Assembly (NCBI GenBank): GCA_964035545.1
Contig: OZ037772.1
Location: 12,646,818-12,710,817 of the forward strand
DNA length: 64,000 nucleotides
Origin: Bugula neritina
Taxonomy: Eukaryota; Animalia; Bryozoa
Direction: 5' to 3'
Shown: one piece after another, positions 1 to 14,377 of the stretch
Layout of the letters: each line of letters starts with the position of its first letter
How positions within the stretch are numbered: the stretch's first letter is position 1
The notes under the pieces: model-generated
Databases searched by the model: none
Told to the model about the DNA's origin: nothing
What the model saw: only the letters and a program-made list of their open reading frames with translations
Made by a program: the position numbers and the translations under genes

Positions 1-329
1 GAATTATATAATATAACATTATATTAAAGTAGAATCATATATAACATATTGTTGTATAGTAGAACTTTATAAAATGCCTGATATAATAGAATATGCAATA
101 TATGATATATAATTTTACTAATATATTACATATTATATAACATATTAGTAGAGTTATACATAACGTACAAAAAAGCGTAGAATTAAATATAATATCTTAT
201 ATAACTTATATATTGTACTAATAGAATTGCATATAACATATTAGTGGCACAACACAATTACATAATAATATAATTTTCACATATTTATATGCAAGTTTGT
301 TAGAAAGTCATTATAACACAGTGCGGGGA

Positions 330-445
330 CTACTACATCTACAGCTACAGTTACAGTTACAAATGCTACTACAGCTACAAGTACAGATACAGATACAGTT
401 ACAAATGCTACTACAGCTACAAGTACATCTACAGCTACAAGCACT
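330..445. repeat. Degenerate hexamer repeat (CTACAG/TTACAG)
   Basis: Repeated ctacag/ttacag/atacag; source of ORFs 277..489 and 297..482. Confidence 0.8.
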
Positions 446-3067
446 ACTATGCAATTTAATTCACAGAGAAATGTGGCAGTAATCACCATCTTATATATAT
501 TATCTCATGAAGTAATATTAATATGAAGAACAGATTTAAAAGTTCAATATTTTTTAATGCAAGTCCAGAAGCTGCCTTCATGTATAACGTCACGTCACGT
601 GGTTGACAATTTTCGTGACCTGCAAATGCAAAAACAGCGATTAAATGATATTTTGAATTTGAGTAAACTATTAGGTGAAAATTATTTTATAAGACATGTC
701 CCTTAGATAAGAAGCCTAGTGGCATCTGCCAGTGAATTCTACTATATTAAAGATAAAATTACATTGTGTTGAATTACCTTATCTAGGTTTGTGTCATGTG
801 ATTTAGCAGCTACGAAAACTACCAACTTGAAGTTGCCTTGTATAAGTATTATCTTGGCATGTTTGCGACTTGTGACATTGTTCTAGTTGTAGAACCTTGT
901 AAAATTTATAATTAATTGGAGCAAATTAATATTTTGGTTTCATGAAATATAATTTCATGATGTACATCAAGTTTTACTAGCTATAAACAACAATTTCATA
1001 ATTAGCTGGTTTGTCAAACTTGCAATGAAGCAAATGAGCCTCATAGAGTCGTGTGTCTTCAAGTCTGATATTCATGAAATACTTGCCTCGCCAAGTGTTT
1101 GAATTCAACAAAAGAATTTTTTACAGTTTAGCCGATTGTAATAACAGTTGATTAGGCATGCAGTCATATCAATTAGGGGTGAAATCTTTTGTGTACGCTA
1201 ATCTGTTGGGACAACAGTAGTCATGTTTGTTGAGTATTGCCGATATTATTTCACTAGAGGTTAGTATTTAATCTTAAAAATATGAATATTTAAAACTAAA
1301 CAATTAGGTACAGGGAATGGCAAGGGGACAATGAAGTTGAGTAAACATTAGCCATGACACGTGGCCCTCTTGTGTTGATAAGACCTGTTTGAACAGAGCC
1401 TCTTCTCCTGTGTAAACAAACAGAAAAATCTTGCGTGTTGTGATAACCAGTGGAGGTCGCAGTGCTTTCCCATTCTCCTCATTGTTCCTTTGTATCAAAA
1501 ACTAGTTGAACCTATTTGTTAAAGAAAACATAATTAACTATTTGTATGTTGAAATAATAATTCTCACATGTTTTTATTTTGTTACTTTTCAAGCAGATTT
1601 CCATTCTTCAACATCTGGCGCACTTCTCACCACAATCTGAGCTCGGCCAATCATGGTGCAGTATACAAAATCTACAGCCAATCAGGTGGAGTCTATCAGC
1701 AATCAGGCGTAAAATCTGAAGTGGTGAGAGAAATACATATAATCTTAAGAGAAGCTCTTGAGGATGCTGGAGTTGATTGAAGTGGTGGTTGGGTTACCAA
1801 ATACCAGAGTGTTTTATTGACCATCATCTCCTGTCAATTCAACCGCCTCAGCTCTCAATGGCCCTCACGTAATTTATCATTTCTCACAAGTATTTCTGAT
1901 TCCGTCAAACCCAGTATTCGTATCTCACTCCGGGTCTTATCAACTGCAACATACTCAATACTGCCTGACGTACTGACAGGATGTGCACAACCTTACATTT
2001 AATATGCTGACGACTCTGCCCAAACTTCACTTGAATATTTCTTACTTTTGATTTGCTGATGCTATCTTCACATGAGAAATTTTGTAGAAGAAAAAACAAT
2101 TTAGTTGCAGAACTGACTGCAGCTGATGAAGTAATGAATTAAAGTTTACAAGAGAAGACAACTGCTGTGCCTAGTCTATTGCTCCCTTAATTCTATATTC
2201 TACAGCTTTCCTATTGTTACTGAGAAGTCCATGGATGTTTTGCAGCTACCGTTCCAGAAATTTCAACTCCGCAGGTTAGAAATCGCCCAACAAGTTTTAG
2301 GACACATTGCTGTGAAAGACGTCATATCTAATTGAATAGTCAACAGCCATGTTTTGGCCAGCAACAACATACCGCAGTGTGTTCAGTAATTATTCACATT
2401 TTTGGAGCACCAACAGAATAATTATACCATAAACACAGCGTAACAGATAGCAAAATATAGCAGACTTGGCAGGGCTCTTAATAAACTTCTTTAACAAATT
2501 TAGAATTGTTAGCAGTTGTGGTAAGATTTGGTAAGCACCAGCCTACCATATTTCACCATCCCTTACCTTCATAATGTATATAGATCACGTTACAGCAACA
2601 TGACATAACTCCAACAAATAGTATTTTGTATTAATTCTCTCTATGTATAAAAAGGGTTAGAAACATAAATCTATCTCGACAATGTTAACATAACCTCACT
2701 ATAAAAGATACAAAATGGAATAATAAAGCATATCGTGTTAAAAAAATAAAATATTTTGGAGGCAGTCCGCTTCCTTCGTAATTAGAATGTGAGAATATTG
2801 TATAAAACTTCCAAGTGTGATTAAAATATTTAAAAAGTAAATACAAAGTAAAGAAACAAACATCGTTGCACCCGTGTGACTGCACGCTCCGACCGGGAAT
2901 GACACAACAACATAGTAAAATATAATCTGAAGAATAAATCACACAAAATAACTGCTACAGTATTTTGTTACACGACAAGAATGAAATATACGACTATGTA
3001 AACCAACTATAAACGATAAAAATATATTTAGAGCAAAATAAGTAACTCCAAAGTCTGAACTCGGCAA

Positions 3068-6000
3068 CTATTCAGCGAGCCGCTGTTTGAGCACCTGCAG
3101 GGCACTGGGCTGGTACATCCGCTGGGCGATGGAGCGCAGCACGGGGGTCATGTGACTCATGGAGGGGCGGGAAGAAGGCCGCTCGTTGAAACATTCCGAG
3201 ACGAGAGATGAGAGCTGCTGGTCTACCCAGCTCGGCATGTTCAGTCTGCAACGAGTTAGTATACAGTACTCTCTCACTCTCTCTTAGAGTATATAATACT
3301 CTCTCAGTATATAATACACTCTCTCAGTATATAATACACTCTCACTCTGTATATAATACTCTCTCAGAGTAACTCCCCCACTTTTTAACTGATTCTATGC
3401 TTATATGAATAAAAATAATGCAGCCACTAAACTATGTCCGCTCTAGTCGAAGCAACAGCGAATTATATTGATGAAGTACTACTAAGGGGGTGGGGAGGAA
3501 CAACATCCACCCCTTAGCAGTATACTATTAAGGGGGTGGGGAGGAACAACATCCACCCCTTAGCAGTACACTACTAGCTACTCTCAAGAATTACATGCAA
3601 CAAGACAAGCTGAGAGTAAACATTGACAAGGCAGTCTACAATATAACAGGACTTGAAACACAAGAACATAAAATGTTAGTTTGAGTTCTATTTGAACAGA
3701 GGGCAAGGGAATGCGGAGTAGCAGTGACGTACCTCCCTCCACTTCTTACAAACTCCACGACTACGTTCATAGATGGGAGGTCACCGTAAGGCTGGGCTCC
3801 ATACTCTGCCAGCTCCCACAGGGTGACTGCGAATGCCCACCTGTATAAACAGTACACTGCGATGTAGATAACAAGGCTACTAGACTTCTAAGGCTATACA
3901 CAAACATACTCATAAAACATTTTCTACAAAAAGCTCAAGCATGTTTTATGTAAAATAGTATTTTTGGAAACATATATATATTTTGTGAGTTTAAATTGAA
4001 AATAAGTTCAGATGACGGAAGTAGAATATTCTAGTAGCTGAGACTGAGTTATCAGCTAGCACCATGTTACTGTGTATACTTACACCATGTTACTGTGTAT
4101 ACTTACACCATGTTACTGTATTTACTTACACCATGTTACTGTGTATACTTACACCATGTTACTGTGTCTACTTACACCATGTTACTGTATCTACTTACAC
4201 CACGTTACTGCATATACTTACACCATGTCACTGTATCTACTTACACCATGTTACTGTATTTACTTACACCATTTTACTGTATTTACTTACACCATGTTAC
4301 TGTGTATACTTACACCATGTTACTGTGTATACTTACACCACGTTACTGTATCTACTTACACCATATTACTGTGTAAACTTACACCATGTTATTATGTATA
4401 CTTACACCATGTTACTGTATTTACTTACACCATGTTACTGTGTCTACTTACACCACGTTACTGTCTCTACTTACACCATGTTACTGTGTATACTTACACC
4501 ATGTTACTGTGTATACTCACACCATGTTACTGTGTATACTTACACCATGTTACTGTGTATACTTACACCATGTTACTGTGTATACTTACACCTTGTTACT
4601 GTGTATACTTACACCTTGTTACTGTGTATACTTACACCACGTTACTGTGTATACTTACACCATGTTACTGTGTATACTTACACCATGTTACTGTGTATAC
4701 TTACACCATGTTACTGTGTCTACTTACACGTCTGTTGCACCGTTGAACTTGGATCTACCAAACACCTCAAGAGCGAGCCACCTGTAGGGAAGGGGGGTGT
4801 TCATGGTCTTCATACTGTAGTATAAACTGTCCCCCATATCTCGGGCTAATCCGAAGTCAGATACCTGCAGGAAACAGAAAACAGATTTTATCCAATAAGT
4901 TACCATCCTCGTTAGAACACCCCTAATGGAAGGGTTTTTGTGTCAAATGGGGCTAAGCACTTATTTAGATGAGGCACAGGAGCAATTATGACTGGATGCT
5001 CTTCCTAACATCAATGAATGGCCCTTAGATTTGAGTACGGACCTAGAACTTTGTGTTTATTAAGCCAAACACTCCAAGCACTAGACCACCCCTGCTTCCT
5101 GCTTGGTAAGTTCTCAATATACATGGTTTGTTTGTTTTTGTTTTGTCATGGTCGGGGAAAAAAATAATTGAGAAAAAATAAACAAAATGACAGGGCCTAT
5201 GGTGCAATAGCACTGTAGCTAGTCGAGGCACCGAGCCATGAATGGTTGACAGTTATATAAGATTTTTGTTTAGGTTTTTGGAAAGTTTTAGCAACTCAAA
5301 GAGTATTATTTTTTTATCTGGAAATTTGCCATTAGGTGGTCTCTCAGGGCAAGTTTGAAACCAGCCTCCCTCTCCACAGCACGAATAGAACTAGGCAATT
5401 TATTCCATGGTGATGCTATGTTTTCTAGAACTGTTTCATATACCTGCCTTATCACTCCATTGACAAGCATTTCCCAAAAACAGAAAGAATTATGAAATAT
5501 TGAGTAGTAAACAGGCCCTACCTTGCAGCTCAGTTCTTCTGTAACCAAGATGTTTCTGCATGCCAGGTCTCTGTGCACTATCTAACATACAAAATAATCC
5601 AGTAGTTGATAATTGTTTCCCCCTTAATGAATTCCACAAAACTAGAATAAGTGAATTTCATCAACTAAATTTATATAATACCAAGCCAGACAACAATGCA
5701 AGTAGGCTTTTTAAATATGTGACTGAAAAACTATGAAATATGCCACTCTTAAAGTGCAACAGCCCTCTCTGGTACAGAAACTAGTTCAGTTTTACCGCAT
5801 TGCATTATAACTAGAGGAGTTGTCTTTCTCCCATGGATTAGCTTTGCGCGAATAACCGTTGAGCTCATATCGTGAACCTTCATTTGACATATTTATTCAT
5901 TTTGTTTTTGTTTTGTATTATGACAGTACCAACAGTGATGTACACTGTTTGGACCGTAGGCCAGGGGCGCGTCTTGCGACACTAAGTACGATTCTACTTG

Positions 6001-9000
6001 ATAACCTCAGCTGCATTAGTAAGTTGACTGAACAACTTAGTCTGATATTTACCTTTTATGCAACTAATAAGATCGCTAGTTGAATCGTAAGTATGAAACC
6101 GTGCGCTATTACTAACACACTCTGCCGAAAACTCGGTTTGGGCCAAGACTAGTTGAATTGCAACTGCATTGAAAACGGTGTGGGAAAACCGACTGAGCTT
6201 TATAACAAAGAACCAAAGCTGCTTCATCTCACGTTACTGTTTTTGCATATTGATCTAGCCAATATATTTTAGAAATATAAGATTAAAAATTAGAATTTAA
6301 ATTTTCTCATTATTTCAAAGTTGTTTTACTGAAAATAAAATACTAAAAACTAGGGGAGGCAAACCCGAAAACTAATCTTACGGCTTGAATGCGTCACGGC
6401 TTTATTCAACTAATAATATTTACAGAGCGCACCAATTATTTGCAAATGTTTAAACTTTAAACTATAATAAATCTTTTGGCAGATTCCTATCATTGAGATG
6501 TTTTGACATTTAGTTTATTAAAGCATGTTCTACACACAGACATGAATAGTTCTCCTAAGATGTGTAATAATCAACTAACTAAGGTGAGAAACAATGTTGT
6601 TACCTTCTTGGAGTGAAGGAACTCTACTCCGGCTGCTATTTCAAAGGCCCACTTGTATATCAGCGAGCTGCATTCTTCCAGCTGAGGTTCAAATGTTGAG
6701 AAAACTCGCTTGATGAAGTCCTTCATATTTCCTATACCACAATATATTATATACTATGTATTACATACCACAATAATACATACCACAAAATATTATATAC
6801 TATATCATATACTATATTATACCATAGCGGCATAGCCTTACATACCGTGCAAGCAGAACTCGGTGATGAGGCAGGGGTTCTTAGATCTAAGGCTAACAGC
6901 GAGGAGGACGACTAAGTTCTCATGAGTCCCAACCAGTGCCATGCAGGTTCCCTCTACCACCAGGTCTTTCAGTGACTCAAACGTAGCGTTGTCTAACAAT
7001 TGGTAAAATAATATAACACAATGTGAAACATAACATGGAATATATAATGATATATAATAAAATATACAACAAAGTATATAATAATATGAATATATAGAGC
7101 AAAACCTATAACATAATGTAGAAAAAACATAAATAAGTATATAGAGTATAATATACGATATAGTATATATCATAATACAATAGAAAATAATAAATAGAAA
7201 ACAACATATAATACAACATGTAACATAATATAACATATAATATAACATAATATATAATATAATATAACATATAATATAATACAGCACATAATACAACATA
7301 TAATATAATACAACATAACATATAATATAATATAGTATAATATAATATATAATACAACATAAAATATAATATAATAGAACATATAATACGATACAGCCAA
7401 GATGTGAGTATACCTTTCAGCACCTTTACAGCCACCAGAGTGCGGAGTCCAGTTGATTGAGTAAGAGTACCTCTATGTACCTGACCAAAGTTACCAAACC
7501 CAACCATCTCGTGCATAGTTATCCTAAATAGAATATAGAGTATAGTATACAGATAATGTAGAGTATAGAATACAGATGATATCATAGAATACAGATAATA
7601 TAGAGTATAGAATACAGATAATATAGAGTATAGAATACAGATAATACAGAGTATAGAATACATGGTATATAGAGACGCACCTCCTGTGGTTCACACGAAG
7701 TTTCTTCAACTCATCAGGTACGAAGACATTGAAGCCGTGATCCTTTAACATCACTTTTCCAGGATCTCCTGCCAGCTTTGAGATCTCAACTTCAAATGGC
7801 TGATACTTCTCAGTGGGGTTCTGTGTGCATGTAACCAGCTTGTTGTATATTATATTATATATTACAACATACATAATATATTACAGTTTATATTACAGTA
7901 TATATAATATATTGCAGCACGTATTATATATTACAGCACATATAATATATTGCAGCACGTATTATATATTGCAGCACGTATTATACATTACAACACATAT
8001 ATTATTATATATTGCAACAGATATCACCACCTGGACAGAGATTCCTGGCCGGTTGCTGTCGACACTGGAACAGTCAGAGGAGAACCGATGCCGGGAAGAA
8101 GATGCGGAGACAGGAAGCTCCGAGGAGAAGTCAGTCGACATGGTGAGGTCACTGGAGATGCTGCCTTCACCATACCTGGATAATCAGCCAATATGAAACA
8201 CTTACTAGTCTGGCAGGTGACAAGGAGGTGTGACAAGGTGCTCTATGGTAGTGTATGATGTGACAGACAGGCGTGACAAGGTGCTCTATGGTAGTGTATG
8301 ATGTGACAGACAGGCGTGACAAGGTGCTCTATGGCAGTGTATGATGTGACAGACAGGCGTGACAAGGTGCTCTATGGCAGTATATGTTACAGACAGGTGT
8401 GACAAGGTGCCCTTAGTAGTATATATAATCATAACTACATATAAAGACCGAGGACTAGATTACCCAGAAAGTGTGTAAGAAGAGACATACCTAATCTCTG
8501 ACATGGGGAGATAACCAGAGGGCACGTGGATCTCGGGCATATCAAATTGATAATCGGGATTCTGTAAGTATGAGCAGACATATCAACACATGACGGGTGT
8601 AGCTGTAAGTATAAACGTACATATCAACACATGACTAGTCTAGCTGTAAGTATAAACGTACATATCAACACATGACTGGTATAGCTGTAAATATAAACGT
8701 ACACATCAACACATGACTGGTGTAGCTGTAAGTATAAACGTACATATCAAAACATGACTGGTGTAGAGCACACAGTGACAACAGAGGGTAACTTAGGATA
8801 TTGCAGCAAGTCAACAGCCAACACAGTAGAGTCACACAGTAGAGTCACACAGTAGAGTCACACAGAAACTCACTCTGTACACTTTGATGATGACTGTATT
8901 CTTGAACTTCTTGTAACGTGTGTAGAGAAAAGCTGCTAGCAGGACCAGGAGTAGAGCTCCACAACCCACCAACACGTAGATGGTGACAGGAACAGCAGGT

Positions 9001-12000
9001 GCTTTGACTTGACTACCTGGAAACAGAAGATATCACCAGTATGTTGGGAACTGCTCTAGGTTGACTTCCAATACGCAGAGTACATTCTTCATGCAGTGTT
9101 TACAAGTTTTGCTTGCATATGGTAGTTTTTTATTGTTTGGTGGAGCTATAAAGTTCAGGAGGTCAAATGAAGCACCTTCACCCACCTTGTAACACTTTCA
9201 CCCACCTTGTAACACTTTCACCCACCTTGTAGCACCTTCACCCACCTTGTAGCACCTTTACCCACGTTGTAGCACCTTTACCCACCTTGTAGCACCTTCA
9301 CCCACCTTGTAGCACCTTCACTCACCTTATAGCACCTTCGCCTACCTTGTAGCACTTTTACCCACCTTGTGCCCTTCCAATGAATTTTGGAGGGAACTCA
9401 ATCAGACCGATGGCCGTGGACAGAACACACGTCACAACTCCTCCTGCTGGTCCGGCCTCCCAGAACTCATCCACCGTAACCTGAGTTTACCAGAAGTCAA
9501 CAGGAAGTGGGAGTTAACTCTTGTAAGTTATGCAATATAATATATAATAAACAGTGTGTGCTGTCGCATTCTTGAAAACGATTGGCCAGTACTGAACAAC
9601 TTTTGTGAATAACTTACATTGATCAGAGTTCGGTTATTGGTTCTTGTCAGATACTCTGTTCTCCCATCTGGAGGCAGCCTAGATATTCAAATTATCATGC
9701 AAAACTCAGCAGTGAAAAGAATACACAGAAAGGATAGAACCAAAAATTGAAGAGAAAGAGAGAGAAAAGAAATCGAGAGGAGAGCAACAGAAAATAATCA
9801 ACAATAATAATTCAGAAGAAAAACTTTCTCACCAAACACTAGTATTACCCAGGTCCTTAGAGTGGGAATATTTGTCAAACACCATGGCCAACCAGATATA
9901 CCTGGACACGTACAGTAGGTATATACAGTAGGTATATACAGTAGGTATATACAGTAGGTATATACAGTAGGTATATACAGTAGGTATATACAGTAGGTAT
10001 ATACAGTAGGTATATACAGTAGGTATATACAGTAGGTATGTCTAGTGTATATACAGTAGGTATATACACTAGACATATACACTAGACATACACTAGACAT
10101 ATACTACATATATACTAGACATATTATACTAGACATAATATTATACCTGGACATATACAGTAGACATATACAGTAGGTATATACTAGACATATACTAGAC
10201 ACATACTAGACATATAGAGGGATACAGAGACATATAGAGGGTGTAGTGTTACTCACTTAGCATACTTTACTGTTTCAGGTTCCGCATATACCGAGACGCT
10301 GCACCTCCCCCGATGAGGACGTTCAGCCGTCAGCGAGCTGGCAGCTTCCTCCACGCTGAACGAATACTCCCACAGAGATCTGGTGAGAAAATTCTCTTCC
10401 GGATCTGGAAATACGACAGACACATTATGATGAGGTTGGAGGTTACACCTCCCCCTGTGAGAGATGAAGAAGCTGGTAGGTTTCTAAGGCTATACATATG
10501 TCCACATGATTTTATATACAGCTGCTATTCTATGTGGAGACTGTATAGTTTAGAAGACAACTCCTCAATTACCTGCTATAACTAGTAGTATTCAAGAAAT
10601 GTGTAATTCTGCATTTATCTGGTGGGGTTTTTAATATTCACTAAAACTGGAATGAGTAAAATTGACTTGAGTAACTTCAAGTTGTTGACCTGAGTAACTT
10701 CAAGTTGTTGACCTGAGTAACTTCAAGTTATTGACCTGAGTAACTTCAATCGACAATTGAGTTATTTTCAGGAAATGAGAGGTATCACTGTAAGACTTAC
10801 CAATAACAAGAGGCAGGTAAGGATCATTAATGCCAATACCACTGATAGAGTAGGTGAGGTTGGTGATGTCATCTATGTACGACTACAAAAGAGTATTATA
10901 TACCATTACTGTGACCACGTCACGTGACAGGGGGAATCCCCTGGTAACGGAATGTTTACATTATTATATCACGTCACGTCACTGTACATCACCAAACATC
11001 AGTCAGTTTTTCATGGCTATTAACAATATATTCTACATTACAGGGAGAATATCAAACTGAGTGAAAGAAAAATAATTTGTGAGACACAGAATTAATAATC
11101 CATGACTACCATCACCTATAGCCTACTGCGATTTTATATTGAGCTTTCACATGATGCTGTTGAAAGAATGAATGCATGTACCATGCACATGAATATCTGT
11201 AGCAACACATGTATCCTTTACCCTCTGTAGTAACACATGTATCCTATACACTCTGTAGTAACACATGTATCCTATACACTCTGTAGTAACACATGTATCC
11301 TATGTACACTCTGTAGCAACACATGTATCCTGTACACTCTGTAGTAACACATGTATATCAGCAAACAAAGATATCACAGAAACACACTTACAAAATTTGT
11401 AGTAGGATCAGGAGAGAGAGAGGCAGCGAAAGGATCAGGAGAGAGAGAGGCAGCAAAAGGGGCAGTATCTGGTGATATTACTCCTGCAATATACAACACA
11501 GAAACTTATACACAGTTTGAATAAACTTATCTCCATCATATGTCCCATATATACTGTGCTCTTTGTTTTAGCAAATGCACTTACACTTTTCTCCTTATAA
11601 AAATGACAAGTTAACAAATACACATGGAGGTATGTATGTACATCAGTTCATATAACTTATATAGTTTATTAGTAAACTACCCCCAGCTAGACGCGAGTAG
11701 CTAGAGAAGAGTAGCTAGATGTCACACTACTATATGCATGAGAGACCACTTACTGTCTCCCTTCTCCACTCTCTCCACGTAACACTTGAACCTGGGCTGA
11801 GAGATAGAGTTGAGGTCCACCAGGAACTGTATGTCTCCGTGGTGAACCAGCTCTGCTGACTCTAAGAACTACAAATAACCACCATGAAGCCTGACAGCAA
11901 ATGGTTGGAGGTATAGAAGGTCAAGGTCACATGACACTGTTGAGTATTATTAACTTTCAGTGTATAAGCCAAGCCTTAACCCCCCCCCCCCCCTTATTCA

Positions 12001-14244
12001 ATATGAGTTACCTACAGCAAAGTTGAACATCTCTGTGAGTGCTAATATGTACAAGTAGATGTATGATGTGCTTTAAGCTGCTGTGATGTCTTACTAAGGA
12101 GTGAACTGTACCTGTGTCCATACAGCTATGAAGTTGCTTGTAGCATTTGAAAATACAGATGGCTGTAATTACTAGTACATGTAACTATAAATAGTATAGA
12201 GAGCTATAAATAGTATAGAGAGCTATAAATAGTATAGAGAGCTATAAATAGTATAGAGAGCTATAAATAGTACATGTAGCTATAAATAGTATAGAGAGCT
12301 ATAAACAGTACATGCAACTATAAACAGTACATGCAACTATAAACAGTATAGAGAGCTATAAATAGTATAGAGAGCTATAAATAGTATAGAGAGCTATAAA
12401 CAGTACATGCAACTATAAACAGTACATGCAACTATAAACAGTACATGCAACTATAAACAGTATAGATTGCTAAAACATAATACATATAGTTATAATATAT
12501 AGCACAAGTTAGGTATAGGTATGTCATGCAGTAGTCATATATAATTCAGCTAATATAGACTTAAATTTTTCCCTCTAGGTGCAGTGAGGAAGGACCTAGC
12601 AGAGAGTGAACAACTCACCTGCCAGCCAACTGCTGTCTCCTGAAGCACCGCCCACCTGTACTCCACTGACTGCAACTCACCAGTTGACACGGCGTTATCC
12701 TTGAAGGCGTTGATCCTGCATCTGGCAGAGAAGTTGCGAGGGGATTGGATAGCCACACCAGATAGGCAGCCCAGTCTGTGTACATAGTTCTATAAGAGAG
12801 ACATTAGGAGTTGTGTACACTACACTATACTATGTTAGGAGTTGTGTACACTATACTACACTATGCTAGGAGTTGTGTACACTACACTATACTATGTTAG
12901 GAGTTGTGTATACTACAGTATACTATGTTAGGAGTTGTGTACACTACAGTATACTATGTTAGGAGTTGTGTACACTACAGTATACTATGCTAGGAGTTGT
13001 GTACACTATACTATACTATGTTAGGAGTTGTGTACACTATACTATGCTAGGAGTTGTGTACACTATACTATACTATGTTAGGAGTTGTGTACACTACACT
13101 ATGTTAGGAGTTGTGTACACTATACTACACTATGCTAGGAGTTGTGTACACTACACTATACTATGTTAGGAGTTGTGTATACTACAGTATACTATGTTAG
13201 GAGTTGTGTACACTACAGTATACTATGTTAGGAGTTGTGTACACTACAGTATACTATGCTAGGAGTTGTGTACACTATACTGTACTATGTTAGGAGTTGT
13301 GTACACTATACTATGCTAGGAGTTGTGTACACTATATTATACTATGTTAGGAGTTGTGTACACTACAGTATACTATGTTAGGAGTTGTGTACACTATACT
13401 ATGTTAGGAGTTGTGTACACTACACTATGTTAGGAGTTGTGTACACTACAGTATACTATGTTAGGAGTTGCTTACACTATATTATACTATGCTAGGAGTT
13501 GTGTACACTATACAATGTTAGGAGTTGTGTACACTACACTATGTTAGGAGTTGTGTACACTACACTATACTATGTTAGGAGTTGTGCACACTATACTATA
13601 CTATGTTGGGAGTTGTGTATACTACAGTATACTATGTTAGGAGTTGTTTACACTATATTATACTATGTTAGGAGTTGTGTACACTACAGTATACTATGTT
13701 AGGAGTTGTGTACACTACACTATGTTAAGAGTTGTGTACACTACACTACCTCTCCAGAGTACCAGTCTGATTCACAGAAGTAGTGGTCTGCAGGATCATC
13801 AGTTCCATGGTCCTCCTTCACTTCTGGTACCTCAACTGGCACAGACCCTATAATATTTATTATACAATCATATAGTACTCTACACTATATTATACCATAT
13901 GATATACTACACTATATAATACATTCATATGGTACCCTGAAATCACATGGAGAAGTGACTCACTTTCAATACAAGAATCGTAGCAGAAGTGAAAATATTC
14001 ATAATAACAGGGCATATGAAAGGGGAATGCTAGACAGCGAGTCATGATCCTCTCATCCCTATTACATGTAGTTAGAGGGTAGCAGTCCTTTGGTGTGGGA
14101 GACAAGTCTTGGATAAGACAACTCTCTGTGAATAGAAGAGAGCTTGTACTTCATACGCATTCAAAATTGAAGTATTTATATTCTATGGACACTTTAGACC
14201 GAACATACATATATATATATATACATATATATATATGTATATAC

Positions 14245-14276
<32 letters not shown>

Positions 14277-14301
14277 GTATATACATATATATATATATAC
14301 A

Positions 14302-14377
<76 letters not shown>

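Noticed and set aside
1300-2400. Moderately GC-rich region with several 60-70 aa ORFs, possibly decayed coding sequence
   Set aside because: No recognisable motif, stops in the frames I read, and no consistent splice model.
4064-4825. Long overlapping plus-strand ORFs (253, 224, 133 and 93 aa)
   Set aside because: Translations of a 23-bp intronic minisatellite that lacks stops on +; antisense to the kinase gene.
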